A DNA stretch of 64,000 nucleotides, from NCBI GenBank assembly GCA_964517325.1, contig CAZFBV010000001.1:39310-103309 (forward strand), read 5' to 3'. The stretch is from an uncultured Gammaproteobacteria bacterium. Lineage in GTDB: Bacteria > Patescibacteriota > Patescibacteriia > Patescibacteriales > UBA12465. Shown in pieces: positions 1 to 9,947 of this stretch. A program made the translations under genes and the position numbers. A model generated the notes under the pieces. The model made no database searches and was not told the DNA's origin. It saw only the letters and a program-made list of their open reading frames with translations. How positions within the stretch are numbered: the first letter of the stretch is position 1; every line of letters begins with the position of its first letter.

Positions 1-98
1 ATCTGCCCGATAAGCTGTATAAAGGCGAAGGGAAGAAGGAAGAGGTTGACGAGATCAGATGGGAAGCGAAAGAAGATAGCCCCTATAAGATAAAATAA
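1..98 (+). CDS. C-terminal fragment of an ORF cut by the window edge (product unknown)
   Basis: Frame 3 is open from the edge to TAA 96-98 (...EVDEIRWEAKEDSPYKIK*). The stop is 1 nt before the next ATG. Too short to assign. Confidence 0.3.
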   Translation, partial: LPDKLYKGEGKKEEVDEIRWEAKEDSPYKIK

Positions 99-99
99 T

Positions 100-495
100 A
101 TGTGCATTTTTTGCCAGATAGCCAATAATGAGATCCCTTGCGCTAAGGTTTACGAAGACGATCGTGTCCTCGCTTTTCTGGATATTAAGCCGGTCAATGC
201 CGGCCATACTTTAGTGATCAGCAAGCAGCATTACCCGAATATCGAAGAGATCGGGGCAGAGGATCTGACCGCTATGATTTTGACGGTCAAGAAGATCGGA
301 CGTTTGCTGAAAGATAAGCTCGGCGCCGCTGGCTATAATGTCACTGTTAATAATGATCCGGTCGCCGGGCAAAACGTTCCTCATATCCATTTTCACGTCA
401 TTCCGCGTCACGAGGGCGACGGCCATGTGCAGTGGCCGCAGCATCCTTATAAGGAGGGCGAAGCGGAGGAAATCTTAAAGAAATTAATCAGCTAA
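100..495 (+). CDS. HIT-family (histidine triad) nucleotide hydrolase
   Basis: 131 aa. N-terminal CIFCQI and the histidine-triad motif HIHFHVIP. Confidence 0.85.
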   Translation: MCIFCQIANNEIPCAKVYEDDRVLAFLDIKPVNAGHTLVISKQHYPNIEEIGAEDLTAMILTVKKIGRLLKDKLGAAGYNVTVNNDPVAGQNVPHIHFHVIPRHEGDGHVQWPQHPYKEGEAEEILKKLIS

Positions 496-496
496 T

Positions 497-1459
497 ATGA
501 AATTACTTATTACCGGCGGCGCCGGATTTATCGGTTCCAACTTTATCCGTTATTGGTTTAAGAATCATCCTGAGGACAGCATCGTTAATCTGGACGCCCT
601 GACTTATGCCGGCAATCTGGATAGTCTCCAAGATGTTGCGGCCAATCCTAATTATAAATTCGTCAAAGGCGATATTTGCGATGCGGCTTTGGTCAATGAT
701 CTGATGAAGGGGGTAGATGTCATCGTCCATTTTGCGGCCGAGAGCCATGTCGATCGTTCCATCAAAAATAGCGCCGATTTCGTCCATACCAATGTTGAAG
801 GGACGCGGACCTTATTGGAAGCGGCGAAGAATAATGGCAATATCCGTTTCCATCATATTTCTACCGATGAAGTCTTCGGCGCTTTGGAATTCGGCGCGCC
901 GAAATTCAATGAGAAGACGCCTTATGATCCCCGTTCTCCTTATAGCGCCTCTAAGGCCGGTTCCGATCATCTCGTCCGCGCTTATTATCATACTTATGGC
1001 CTGCCGGTCACGATTTCCAATTGCTCTAATAACTACGGTCCGTATCAGCATCCGGAAAAACTGATTCCGCGATTCATCACTAACTTGATGGCGGGGGAGA
1101 AGGTGCCGGTTTATGGCGCCGGCGCTAATGTGCGCGATTGGATCCATGTCGATGACCATAATCGCGGCGTCGAGATGATCATTAAGCATGGCCGTATCGG
1201 CGAGACTTATTGCTTAGGAGGGGATAATGAGAAGACTAATTTGGAAATAACCAGATTGATACTGGGATTGATGGGCAAGGGGGAAGATATGATCGAGCAT
1301 GTGCCTGATCGCCTCGGTCACGATTTGAGATACGCCATTGATTTTTCCAAGGCGAAGTCGGAACTGGGCTGGGAGCCGCTCCATTCTTTTGAAGAGGGTT
1401 TGCGCGCTACGCTGGAGTGGTATAAGGCCAATGAATCTTGGTGGAAGAAATTAAAATAA
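497..1459 (+). CDS. rfbB: dTDP-glucose 4,6-dehydratase
   Basis: 320 aa. GGAGFIGSNF Rossmann motif, YSASKAGSD (YxxxK), and RmlB-like over the full length. Confidence 0.9.
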   Translation: MKLLITGGAGFIGSNFIRYWFKNHPEDSIVNLDALTYAGNLDSLQDVAANPNYKFVKGDICDAALVNDLMKGVDVIVHFAAESHVDRSIKNSADFVHTNVEGTRTLLEAAKNNGNIRFHHISTDEVFGALEFGAPKFNEKTPYDPRSPYSASKAGSDHLVRAYYHTYGLPVTISNCSNNYGPYQHPEKLIPRFITNLMAGEKVPVYGAGANVRDWIHVDDHNRGVEMIIKHGRIGETYCLGGDNEKTNLEITRLILGLMGKGEDMIEHVPDRLGHDLRYAIDFSKAKSELGWEPLHSFEEGLRATLEWYKANESWWKKLK

Positions 1460-1467
1460 GCAAACAT

Positions 1468-1884
1468 ATGGAAAATAAAAAAATATTCATTATTGAAGAC
1501 GACGCTAATCTCCTCTATGGCCTGGAAGCGCAGTTTTCCGCCGACGAATTTGAAGTGGAAACCGCTAGCGGCAATGAGGAAATTGAAGAATTGATGGAGG
1601 AGCTCCGGGATTTCGAGCCGGATTATATCATTCTCGATCTGATCCTGCCTAAGATCGACGGCTTTGAGATCGTCAAGAAATTGAAGTCAGATGATGAGCT
1701 TAGCGATAAGCAGATCTTTATCTTCACCGACCTGAGCGACGAGGATAGCCGCCAGCGCAGCTTGCAGCTGGGCGCTGATTATGTTTTCTTCAAAGAAGAG
1801 TTCGATACTTTCGAATTTGCAGAGAAAGTCAAGCGGATAATCGCGGCGAGCGAGAAGAGTGCCGATCGCGATTATGAAGAATAG
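1468..1884 (+). CDS. stand-alone response-regulator receiver domain protein
   Basis: ATG 1468 is preferred because the track start 1438 overlaps rfbB. KKIFIIEDD and YIILDLILPKIDGFEIV receiver signatures; no output domain. Confidence 0.75.
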   Translation: MENKKIFIIEDDANLLYGLEAQFSADEFEVETASGNEEIEELMEELRDFEPDYIILDLILPKIDGFEIVKKLKSDDELSDKQIFIFTDLSDEDSRQRSLQLGADYVFFKEEFDTFEFAEKVKRIIAASEKSADRDYEE

Positions 1885-1910
1885 GCGTCTCTCCGCCGGT
1901 TTCAGCCGGT

Positions 1911-1939
1911 TTGACTAATACTCCTAAAAATACTAAGAT
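1911..1939 (+). promoter_or_regulatory. candidate sigma70-type promoter upstream of mreB
   Basis: TTGACT (1911-1916), 17-nt spacer, TAAGAT (1934-1939). Confidence 0.35.
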
Positions 1940-1962
1940 AGATTGGTGTTATATTTTTGCGT

Positions 1963-2970
1963 ATGTTTATCAAAAGGATCGGGATCGATCTCGGTACAAC
2001 CTACACTCTGATTCATCTGCCTAAGCGCGGCATCGTTATTAATGAGCCGAGCGTGGTGGCGGTCTCTATTCATGATAAGAAAATCCTGGCGGTCGGCAAT
2101 GAAGCTAAGGATATGATCGGTCGCACCCCGGATACGATCATAGCCGTGCGCCCTTTGAAAGACGGAGTTATTGCTGATTATCGAGCGACGGAAGCGATGA
2201 TCCGTTATTTTATCAATAAGACCTTAGGCGGCATCCGCCTTTTTCGTCCGGAAGTCATGGTTGCCGTTCCCGCCGGAATATCTTCGACGGAACGCCGCGC
2301 CGTTATCGAAGCGACTATCGCGGCTGGCGCTAAGGCAGCCTATATCATCAAGGAACCGGTGGCGGCCGCTATCGGCGCCGATATTCCGATCGGTTCGGCT
2401 ACCGGGCACATGGTTATCGATATCGGCGGCGGCACAGCGGAAATGGCCGTCATCTCTTTAGGCGGCATCGTCGCTTCTACTTCCGTCCGCGTCGGCGGCA
2501 ATAAATTCGATGCGGCTATTTTGGAATATATCCGCAAGAAATATAATCTGGCTATCGGCGAGCGCACGGCCGAAGAAATCAAGATAAATATCGGTTCGGC
2601 TTTATATATGGAAGATAAATTATATCTGGAAATCCGCGGCCGCGATATCGTGACCGGCTTGCCGCGCAGCTTGACTGTTTCAAGCGACGATGTGACTGAA
2701 GCTATCCAGAACGAATTGGAAGCGATTATTGCCGCCGCCAAGAAAGTGTTGCAGAAAACGCCGCCGGAATTATCGGCCGATATCATGGATAAAGGCATAG
2801 TTCTGACCGGCGGCAGCTCCTTGCTCCGCAATATCGATCAATTGATCGCCCGGACGACCGGCGTTTCCGCCTATGTCGCCGATGACGCCATGCTTTGCGT
2901 CGCCAAAGGCACCGGTATCGCTTTGGATAATCTGGATTCCTATAAACGCAGCATCCTAGCAACTAAATAA
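1963..2970 (+). CDS. mreB: rod-shape determining actin homologue MreB
   Basis: IGIDLGTTYT, VIDIGGGTAEMAV and IVLTGGSSLL actin-fold motifs. ATG 1963 is preferred over TTG 1957. Confidence 0.9.
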   Translation: MFIKRIGIDLGTTYTLIHLPKRGIVINEPSVVAVSIHDKKILAVGNEAKDMIGRTPDTIIAVRPLKDGVIADYRATEAMIRYFINKTLGGIRLFRPEVMVAVPAGISSTERRAVIEATIAAGAKAAYIIKEPVAAAIGADIPIGSATGHMVIDIGGGTAEMAVISLGGIVASTSVRVGGNKFDAAILEYIRKKYNLAIGERTAEEIKINIGSALYMEDKLYLEIRGRDIVTGLPRSLTVSSDDVTEAIQNELEAIIAAAKKVLQKTPPELSADIMDKGIVLTGGSSLLRNIDQLIARTTGVSAYVADDAMLCVAKGTGIALDNLDSYKRSILATK

Positions 2971-3003
2971 TCAGCAGGCTCGACTGGAGCCAGCTGATTT
3001 TTA
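2969..3003 (+). terminator. intrinsic-terminator-like hairpin after mreB
   Basis: 12-bp stem with one A.A mismatch (aatcagcaggctc / gagccagctgatt), 5-nt loop, T-run 2998-3002. It ends 7 nt before the next ATG (3010). Confidence 0.65.
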
Positions 3004-3009
3004 TTTATT

Positions 3010-4224
3010 ATGATAATTGGGATTGACGCCTCGCGCGCTAATTTGCTCCACAAGACCGGTACCGAATGGTACTCTTTTTACTTGATCAAGAATCTGGCGG
3101 AAATAGATAAGGTTAATACTTATTGGCTCTACCTTAATCAGCCGGCGCAGCCGGAATTGGCGGCGGCGGTCAAGAATAATCCGAATTTTTCCTTCAAACT
3201 CTTGAAGTGGCCGTTCTTTTCCTTCTGGACTCTCGGCCGCCTGACTTTGGAGATGCTTTATCGCCGGCCGGACGTCTTGTTCATTCCGGCTCATACTTTG
3301 CCGCTCTTCGGCCCGCGCCGTACCGTCAACACTATCCATGATATCGCTTTCGTCCGCGAGCAGAATCTTTATCGGGCGGCTAAAGCAAAGACCAGCTTAG
3401 CCGGTTCGCGCCAGCTGATAAATTTTTTCGTCAGGCTCCTGACTCTGGGCCGCTATCGCAGCGATTCGGTCGACTATCTTTATTGGTCGACGGCTTTCGC
3501 TTTGCGTCACGCCAAAAAGATCATCGCCGTTTCCGAATTTACCAAGCAGGATATCTTGAATCTCTACCCTAAGACTCCGGCCGGCAAGGTAACCGTCGTC
3601 CATAATGGCTATAATGATAAGCTTTATCGCCGTCTGCCGGAAAATCCGGAGAAGACGGCGGCTATCTTGGATAAATACGGTTTAGAATCTCCATATTTCT
3701 TGTATATCGGCCGCCTGGAGAAAAAGAAGAATATCCCCGCTTTAGTCGAATCGTTTGCTTATTTGCGAGAGAATCATCCGGACATGAAAGCGAAACTGGT
3801 CTTGATCGGAGACGCCGGTTTCGGATTTGATGAGATAAAATATACTATCGAGGAATTCAATCTCAATAGCCAGGTGATTATGCCTGGTTGGGTAGCCGAA
3901 GAGGATATGCCTTATGTCATGAATGCCGCCGCCGCTTTTATCTTTCCGTCTAAGCATGAAGGTTTCGGCATCCCGGTTCTGCAGTCTTTGGCTTGCGGCA
4001 TTCCGACCGCCGTTTCTGATATTCCCGTCCTTAGGGAAGTCGCCGGCGACGCTGCTTTATATTTCGATCAGAATGATAAGCGGGCGATCGCGGCTGCCAT
4101 GGGTCGGATATTATCCGATGATGAGTTAAGAAAAAGCTTGGTTTTGAAAGGGCTGGAGCAGGCTAAAAAGTTCAGCTGGCGCCGCTGTGCCGAAGAGACT
4201 TTGCAGGTTATTACGAGCCTGTAA
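3010..4224 (+). CDS. glycosyltransferase, GT-B fold (GT4/GT1-like)
   Basis: 404 aa. C-terminal FIFPSKHEGFGIPVLQSLACGIPT (E-x7-E region). Confidence 0.8.
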   Translation: MIIGIDASRANLLHKTGTEWYSFYLIKNLAEIDKVNTYWLYLNQPAQPELAAAVKNNPNFSFKLLKWPFFSFWTLGRLTLEMLYRRPDVLFIPAHTLPLFGPRRTVNTIHDIAFVREQNLYRAAKAKTSLAGSRQLINFFVRLLTLGRYRSDSVDYLYWSTAFALRHAKKIIAVSEFTKQDILNLYPKTPAGKVTVVHNGYNDKLYRRLPENPEKTAAILDKYGLESPYFLYIGRLEKKKNIPALVESFAYLRENHPDMKAKLVLIGDAGFGFDEIKYTIEEFNLNSQVIMPGWVAEEDMPYVMNAAAAFIFPSKHEGFGIPVLQSLACGIPTAVSDIPVLREVAGDAALYFDQNDKRAIAAAMGRILSDDELRKSLVLKGLEQAKKFSWRRCAEETLQVITSL

Positions 4225-4259
4225 ATAATAATAAAGATATGTTAGTATTAAGGTGTTAT

Positions 4260-6287
4260 ATGAGAAAACTGATAACATCTTTTTTTATTCTGTCTCTTTT
4301 TTTGGCAGAACCAGTTTTGGCTAATATTACGCCGAACGATTTTTATTATGGCAATCAATGGTATCTCTCGAAGATTAAGGCGGATAGCGCCTGGGATAAG
4401 ATTGCCGGCAGTCCTGATATGGTAATTGCGGTCATCGATTCCGGCATTCAGATAAATCATCCCGATTTGAAAGATAATATCTGGAAGAATGCGCGGGAGA
4501 TCCCCGGAAATAATATCGACGATGACGGCAACGGTTTCATCGATGATGCGAACGGTTGGGATTTCGTCAATAACACTCCTGATCCATCGCCGAAATTTAC
4601 GGCTGGCTGGACCGAGGCCGGAGTCTCTCACGGCACTATGGTCGCCGGCATAATCGCCGCGAGCGGAAATAATAACGAAGGGATTGCCGGCGTCACTTGG
4701 CAAGCGCAGATCATGGCCTTAAAAGTCCTGAATGACAAAGGCGAAGGGAAGCTGAGCAATGTTATTAGAGCGATCGATTATGCCATCAATAATGGCGCTG
4801 ACATAATAAATTTAAGTTTCGTTTCTTTTAATTATAGCGACGGCCTGCAAGAAGCGATACGCCGCGCGCATAAGGCTGGCGTCATGATCGTAGCCGCTGC
4901 CGGCAATGAGCAGGCGGATGGCGTCGGCTATGATATTGATAAGACCCCGATTTATCCGGCCTGTTATGACGGCGATCTTGGCGAAAATATGGTGATCGGC
5001 GTGGCCGCGACCGACGCGCTTGACCAGAAAGCGAAATTTTCCAGCTATGGCTCCCGTTGCGTCGACTTGGTCGCTCCAGGCATCAGCTTCTTCAGTGCGA
5101 CAACCGCCGGTAGCGTGCCTGATTTTCCTAATAAGCTCTATGACGGCTATTGGTCGGGAACTTCCATGGCCGCGCCTCAAATTTCCGCAACCCTGGCTCT
5201 GATCGCCCAAGCTAATCCGGAATTGAGCCGCCGTGAAATAGTCAATATCTTATTCGCTTCGACCGATAATATCAGCCGGCTTAATCCTGATTATGCGGGC
5301 AAGCTCGGCAACGGACGCTTGAATGTCGATCAGGCGGTGGAGATGGCTAAAGAGAAATTATATAGCCGTAACGGGCGCTTAATCGTCTTGCCGCAGACCG
5401 CTGCCAAGAATAAGGAAACTAGGCTGACAGCCGCGACCGGCGATCTGGTCAGTAAATTGCCTTTGGATATCAAAGGAGGAGAAAGCATCGCCACCGGAGA
5501 TGTCAATGGCGATGGCATCGACGAAATAGTGATCGGCTCGGGGACGAACAGCGAGCCGAAGATCATGATTTATAGTCCGGCCGGGAAATTAATCAAGCAG
5601 ATTTTGGCTTATGACAAATATTTCCGCGGCGGTTTGAGCGTCGCCTTGGTGGATATCGATGGCGATGAACAGATGGAAATTGCCGCTGCTCAAGCGGCGC
5701 GAGGCACGGGCCAAGTGAAGATTTTCAATTATAACGGGCAATTGAAGAAACAATTCTTAGTCGATAGCCGCTATTGGCGCGGTGGGCTTAATCTGGCCGC
5801 CGGGGATATCGACGGCGATGGCGATCAGGAGATAGTGGCCGCTTACGGCTCCGGTTCCGAGCCGATGGTCAAGATGTTCCATACTAACGGTAAGATTATG
5901 GGAGCTTTCTTGGCTTATGAAAAGAAATTTCGCGGCGGCGTGAAGGTGGCCATTGCGAATCTGAACGGCCGTAAGGATCATGATCGGGCGGAAATAATCG
6001 TTTCCCCGGGGAAAGGCCGGGATCCGCAAATCAAGATATTTGATAATCATGGCCGCATGGTCCGTCAATTCTTAGCCTATAATCGCAATTGGCAGGGCGG
6101 AGTGAATCTGTCTGCCGGCGATCTGGATAATGACGGCTTGCCGGAAATAGCGACCGCCGCTCAGGCCGGGGCCGCACCGCACGTCCGCGTCTTCAGCGCT
6201 CGCGGCGAACTGATGGAATCTTTCTATGCCTGGGAGGAAAACTGGAACGGCGGCGTCAATATTGGTATAATAAAGATCAATAACTAA
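4260..6287 (+). CDS. secreted subtilisin-like S8 serine protease with C-terminal FG-GAP/VCBS-like repeats
   Basis: Signal peptide MRKLITSFFILSLFLAEPVLA (alternative ATG at 4239). Catalytic contexts AVIDSGI (Asp), HGTMVAGIIAA (His) and GTSMAAPQISA (Ser). Repeats GDVNGDGIDEIV, VDIDGDEQMEI, GDIDGDGDQEIV, GDLDNDGLPEI. Confidence 0.85.
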   Translation: MRKLITSFFILSLFLAEPVLANITPNDFYYGNQWYLSKIKADSAWDKIAGSPDMVIAVIDSGIQINHPDLKDNIWKNAREIPGNNIDDDGNGFIDDANGWDFVNNTPDPSPKFTAGWTEAGVSHGTMVAGIIAASGNNNEGIAGVTWQAQIMALKVLNDKGEGKLSNVIRAIDYAINNGADIINLSFVSFNYSDGLQEAIRRAHKAGVMIVAAAGNEQADGVGYDIDKTPIYPACYDGDLGENMVIGVAATDALDQKAKFSSYGSRCVDLVAPGISFFSATTAGSVPDFPNKLYDGYWSGTSMAAPQISATLALIAQANPELSRREIVNILFASTDNISRLNPDYAGKLGNGRLNVDQAVEMAKEKLYSRNGRLIVLPQTAAKNKETRLTAATGDLVSKLPLDIKGGESIATGDVNGDGIDEIVIGSGTNSEPKIMIYSPAGKLIKQILAYDKYFRGGLSVALVDIDGDEQMEIAAAQAARGTGQVKIFNYNGQLKKQFLVDSRYWRGGLNLAAGDIDGDGDQEIVAAYGSGSEPMVKMFHTNGKIMGAFLAYEKKFRGGVKVAIANLNGRKDHDRAEIIVSPGKGRDPQIKIFDNHGRMVRQFLAYNRNWQGGVNLSAGDLDNDGLPEIATAAQAGAAPHVRVFSARGELMESFYAWEENWNGGVNIGIIKINN

Positions 6288-6294
6288 TAACCAT

Positions 6295-7317
6295 ATGTCT
6301 AAGCAAGTCATCTTTGATAAGAAGAACATTCTTGTCGCCGGCGGCGCCGGTTTTATCGGCTCCCATCTTTGCGACGAGCTGCTCAAGACCGACAAGGTCA
6401 TCTGCGTGGATAACTTCATCACCGGCAGCGAGCGCAATATCGACCATCTGCTCGCTAATCCTGATTTTATCTTTATCAATTATGACCTGTCTAAGCCCCT
6501 GGATTTGGAAGCGATTCCGGAATTGAAAAAATTCAAGATAGAATTCCAGGGTTTGCAAGAGATCTATAATTTAGCCTGCCCCATGTCGCCGCGCCGTTTT
6601 CTGGAAAATCGCTTAGCCACCATCATGGCTAATTCCTATGTCGTCAAGAATCTCCTGGATATGGCCGTAAAGTACAATTCCAAGCTATTGCAGTTCTCAT
6701 CGTCGGTCGTCTATGGCCCGCGCCGGTCGGATAATCCCGAACTTAAAGTTAAGGAAACCGATCTGGGTACAGTCGATCAATTATCGGAACGCAGCTCTTA
6801 TGACGAAGGCAAGCGCTTCGCCGAAACGGTAGTCAGCAATTATCGGTCTCTCTATAACGTCGACGCGCGCATCATGCGCCTTTTCCGCATCTATGGGCCG
6901 CGCATGGAAGCTAACGACGATCAGATGATTCCGGATTTTATCAAGAATGCTCTGGATAATAACGATATAATCATCAATGGCGACGAAAAATTTTCTTCAT
7001 CATTCTGTTATATCGATGATGTTGTCGATGCTGTCGGTAAGTTCATGAACTCCGAATTGCCTGGGCCGATCAACATCGGTTCCGACGTGGACGCTAATCT
7101 GACCGATATAGTCAAGATGATCATCTCGCTGACGGGCTCCAGCTCTAAGATCACCTATGCTGAGAATAAGCTGTTCCTGAGCGAATTGGTTCTGCCCGAT
7201 ATCCATCAGGCGCGCAATGAGCTCGGCTGGATGCCGGTCGTGACGCTCGAGAATGGATTGAAGAAGACGATTTTCGATATCGAAGCCAATAAGAGATTGC
7301 AGGGGTTTGGATTCTAA
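6295..7317 (+). CDS. NAD-dependent extended SDR, UDP-glucuronate decarboxylase (UXS)-like
   Basis: 340 aa. GGAGFIGSHLCDEL and SSYDEGKRFAE (YxxxK) as in the UXS family. Confidence 0.75.
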   Translation: MSKQVIFDKKNILVAGGAGFIGSHLCDELLKTDKVICVDNFITGSERNIDHLLANPDFIFINYDLSKPLDLEAIPELKKFKIEFQGLQEIYNLACPMSPRRFLENRLATIMANSYVVKNLLDMAVKYNSKLLQFSSSVVYGPRRSDNPELKVKETDLGTVDQLSERSSYDEGKRFAETVVSNYRSLYNVDARIMRLFRIYGPRMEANDDQMIPDFIKNALDNNDIIINGDEKFSSSFCYIDDVVDAVGKFMNSELPGPINIGSDVDANLTDIVKMIISLTGSSSKITYAENKLFLSELVLPDIHQARNELGWMPVVTLENGLKKTIFDIEANKRLQGFGF

Positions 7318-7350
7318 TAAGATCGGATATAGGGATAAAGATATAGGGAT

Positions 7351-7379
7351 AAAAAAGACCGGTTTGATCCGGTCTTTTT
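7351..7379. terminator. bidirectional intrinsic terminator between convergent genes
   Basis: A-run, gaccgg-tttgat-ccggtc hairpin, T-run (aaaaaagaccggtttgatccggtcttttt). Confidence 0.75.
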
Positions 7380-7410
7380 AAATAGTCTTATCGTGTAAAT
7401 TAGGAGATGA

Positions 7411-8490
7411 TTATTTTTTGTCAGCCATCATGAGTATCTTCTCGATCAGATCGTTTTCATTTCCCGGCGCAAAAAGGAGATCGCTTCTTTCCGTCAGCTC
7501 CGGAATGCCGCCGAGGCGGGAAGCGATGACCGGCAGGCCGGCGGCATGGGCGCCGTAAATAGTCGTCGGAGAATTCTCATAACACAAGGAAGGGACGATC
7601 AAACAATCGCTAGCAATTTTTAATTTATCGGTTTCTTCATATGAGAGAGGCGGGGAAATCTTGATGCGTGCGTCGTCCTTGGCCGCCTCTTTGGCTTTCT
7701 CCAGGGCTTGGCCGCCGCCACGCACCGCGATAGTCAGAGCCAGTTCCGGCCGTTTTATCTTTTTAAAAGCATTGATGAGCAGGAAGATGCCTTTCTGTTC
7801 TTCGATCTGTCCGATGAAAAGGAAATTTTTGGCCGGGCCGGTCTTGCTTTGGCCGGCAATCCCGATCTGCGGCCAGACAAAAGGCCTGATTTCTTGTTCA
7901 GAATCTTTGAAGAAGCCGCGCTGCTTATGCATTTCTAAGAGCCAGTCGGAAGGGGAGATGATCTTATTCGGAGAAGCGAAGAATAAGCGCGTCAGAGCCT
8001 GATATATTTTGGCGCCGGAATTATTGATCTTTCTTTCCTGCCCGAAGATCATCAGTCCCGACGGATGCAGGAGCTGGATATCATGCAGAAAATGTTCGTG
8101 GCGGATGTTCAGCTTTCTCAAAACGATCGGAGTCATGAAGCCCAACCCCATCAGGTTATGAGTGATGACCAGGTCGGGTTTTTCTGATTCCAGGATGGTT
8201 TTAATATGGCGGGTCTTGCGGAAAGAAAAAATATCGCAGATGTGCCAGCCGACGCGATAGAGCCGAGAATGCTTGTTTAAATTATAGAATTCTGAATCTA
8301 GATGATATATCTTTTCTCCGGCCGGCTCCTTTCCGTCAACCCAAACTCGTTTGCCTGTTTTCGGCCGCGTCGTAATCAGGAAGACTTCATGCCCGGATTG
8401 GCGCAAATCGCTAGCCATGAGCTTGACGGCCGTTTCGGCGCCGCCGCGGCTATATTCTCCGTATAAATTATGCATCAAGCCTATCTTCAT
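7411..8490 (-). CDS. glycosyltransferase, GT-B fold (GT4-like)
   Basis: 359 aa. LIVPSLCYENSPTTIYGAHAAGLPVIAS C-terminal donor-binding motif. Confidence 0.75.
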   Translation of the reverse strand: MKIGLMHNLYGEYSRGGAETAVKLMASDLRQSGHEVFLITTRPKTGKRVWVDGKEPAGEKIYHLDSEFYNLNKHSRLYRVGWHICDIFSFRKTRHIKTILESEKPDLVITHNLMGLGFMTPIVLRKLNIRHEHFLHDIQLLHPSGLMIFGQERKINNSGAKIYQALTRLFFASPNKIISPSDWLLEMHKQRGFFKDSEQEIRPFVWPQIGIAGQSKTGPAKNFLFIGQIEEQKGIFLLINAFKKIKRPELALTIAVRGGGQALEKAKEAAKDDARIKISPPLSYEETDKLKIASDCLIVPSLCYENSPTTIYGAHAAGLPVIASRLGGIPELTERSDLLFAPGNENDLIEKILMMADKK

Positions 8491-8491
8491 A

Positions 8492-9619
8492 TCATTTGAA
8501 TAATCCTTTAAGTTTAGCGGCCATCAGGCTATCGCCATATTTTTTTTCTGCCAGGATCCTCGCTTTTTCCGCCATTTTTACGGCCATTGATTTATCGCTC
8601 ATGAATAACCTCAGCTTCTTTTCCAGATCGAAGACGCTTCCGGGTTCAATCAGCCATCCTTCTTCGCCGTCATTAAAGATCCGGCGGACGCCGGGCAGAT
8701 CGGAAGCCATGACCGGCACGCCGCAAGCCAGAGCTTCTATCAGGACGATGCCGAAAGCTTCATTGCCGTTGATGGAAGGGAGAACTAGCAGATCAGCTTT
8801 TTGATAGGTGCGGATCAGGTCGGCCTCGCTCAACTTGCCGGTGAACCTGACTTTCTTATCGAGATTGAGGCGCAGCGATAGGGCTTCATATTCGAGACGC
8901 TTGTCGCCTTCGCCGGCGATAATCAGCTCAAAATTAAGGTCGCTCAGGCCGGCCGCGGCGCGCAAGAGCACTTCCACCCCTTTGAAATAATGGGCGCGGT
9001 CGAGCGCGCCGACAAAGAGTAAATCAAAGCGGTCTTTCTTGATGAATTTGGCGCTGACGAAATTCACTATTTCTTTAGCCTTCGCCAGCAGGATATTATC
9101 GGCCGGCATCTTCATCTCTCTCGGTCGGAATTTATCCAGATTGACAGAGAAGGGTATCTCGCGGAATTTTTCCGAGTGGGCTTCATAATAATCTTTTATC
9201 TGGGATTGCTTCACGTAATCCAGGCTGGCCGTGACGATCAGTTCGGCTTGTTTCAATAAGGATGCGCGGATGAAGCGGCTCGGCAGGCTCAATATTTTAG
9301 CCAGCGGATTCAGGCCGACGACGTCCATATGATAGTGGACTATCAGTTTCGTCCTCTTGTTGAATATCTTGAAGAGCCAGACGATTTCCGCCGTGCCGAA
9401 ATAAGGATAGTGAAGATAGATATAATCGAACGATCTCAAGCGCCAGAGCAGAGAGCCTAAAACAGAACCGTGGCCATATTTCAGCCACGGTTTTGTATTA
9501 TAAGGCGTGAAGTCGACGACTTCATGTTCGGTCCTCAGTATCTGGCTGATGCGGCTGGCGCTGTTGCCCATGCCGCCGGCATAAGGCGGGAAAGCGCAGA
9601 CGATAGAAGCGATTTTCAT
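8492..9619 (-). CDS. glycosyltransferase, GT-B fold (GT4-like)
   Basis: 375 aa. LLVLPSINGNEAFGIVLIEALACGVPVMAS (E-x7-E). Confidence 0.75.
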   Translation of the reverse strand: MKIASIVCAFPPYAGGMGNSASRISQILRTEHEVVDFTPYNTKPWLKYGHGSVLGSLLWRLRSFDYIYLHYPYFGTAEIVWLFKIFNKRTKLIVHYHMDVVGLNPLAKILSLPSRFIRASLLKQAELIVTASLDYVKQSQIKDYYEAHSEKFREIPFSVNLDKFRPREMKMPADNILLAKAKEIVNFVSAKFIKKDRFDLLFVGALDRAHYFKGVEVLLRAAAGLSDLNFELIIAGEGDKRLEYEALSLRLNLDKKVRFTGKLSEADLIRTYQKADLLVLPSINGNEAFGIVLIEALACGVPVMASDLPGVRRIFNDGEEGWLIEPGSVFDLEKKLRLFMSDKSMAVKMAEKARILAEKKYGDSLMAAKLKGLFK

Positions 9620-9621
9620 GT

Positions 9622-9942
9622 TTATTTCTTTAAGGTTATCTGGCGGACGATTTCGGTCAGGCTCCTGTCCATCTTAGCCAGGTCTAATCTGAGCCGGAAG
9701 ACCAGGTAGAACAAGGCTAGGACGGCGATATAGATCAGGAAATTGATGCCGCTGCCGGAAAAGCCGAGCCAAGCGACGAAACGGTCTATAGTCTTGATAA
9801 AAATGATGGCGGCCGCGGCTATCAGCCAGAAGACGAGCCATAAAGTGAATTCGTTATTGCTGATCTGGTTCTTTTTTTTCTGCGCGACCAGGCGCAAGAC
9901 AAAAAAGAGGATGATGACGATAGCGATTATCTGCTGTAGCAT
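9622..9942 (-). CDS. small membrane protein, DUF2304-like
   Basis: 106 aa with 3 predicted TM helices. It lies directly downstream of a GT2 gene, the usual DUF2304 context. Confidence 0.55.
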   Translation of the reverse strand: MLQQIIAIVIILFFVLRLVAQKKKNQISNNEFTLWLVFWLIAAAAIIFIKTIDRFVAWLGFSGSGINFLIYIAVLALFYLVFRLRLDLAKMDRSLTEIVRQITLKK

Positions 9943-9947
9943 ATTAT

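Noticed and set aside
7326-7353. Tandem 14-nt direct repeat gatatagggataaa x2 downstream of the UXS-like gene.
   Set aside because: There are only two units, lying in a convergent intergenic region right next to a bidirectional terminator. There is no further evidence of function.
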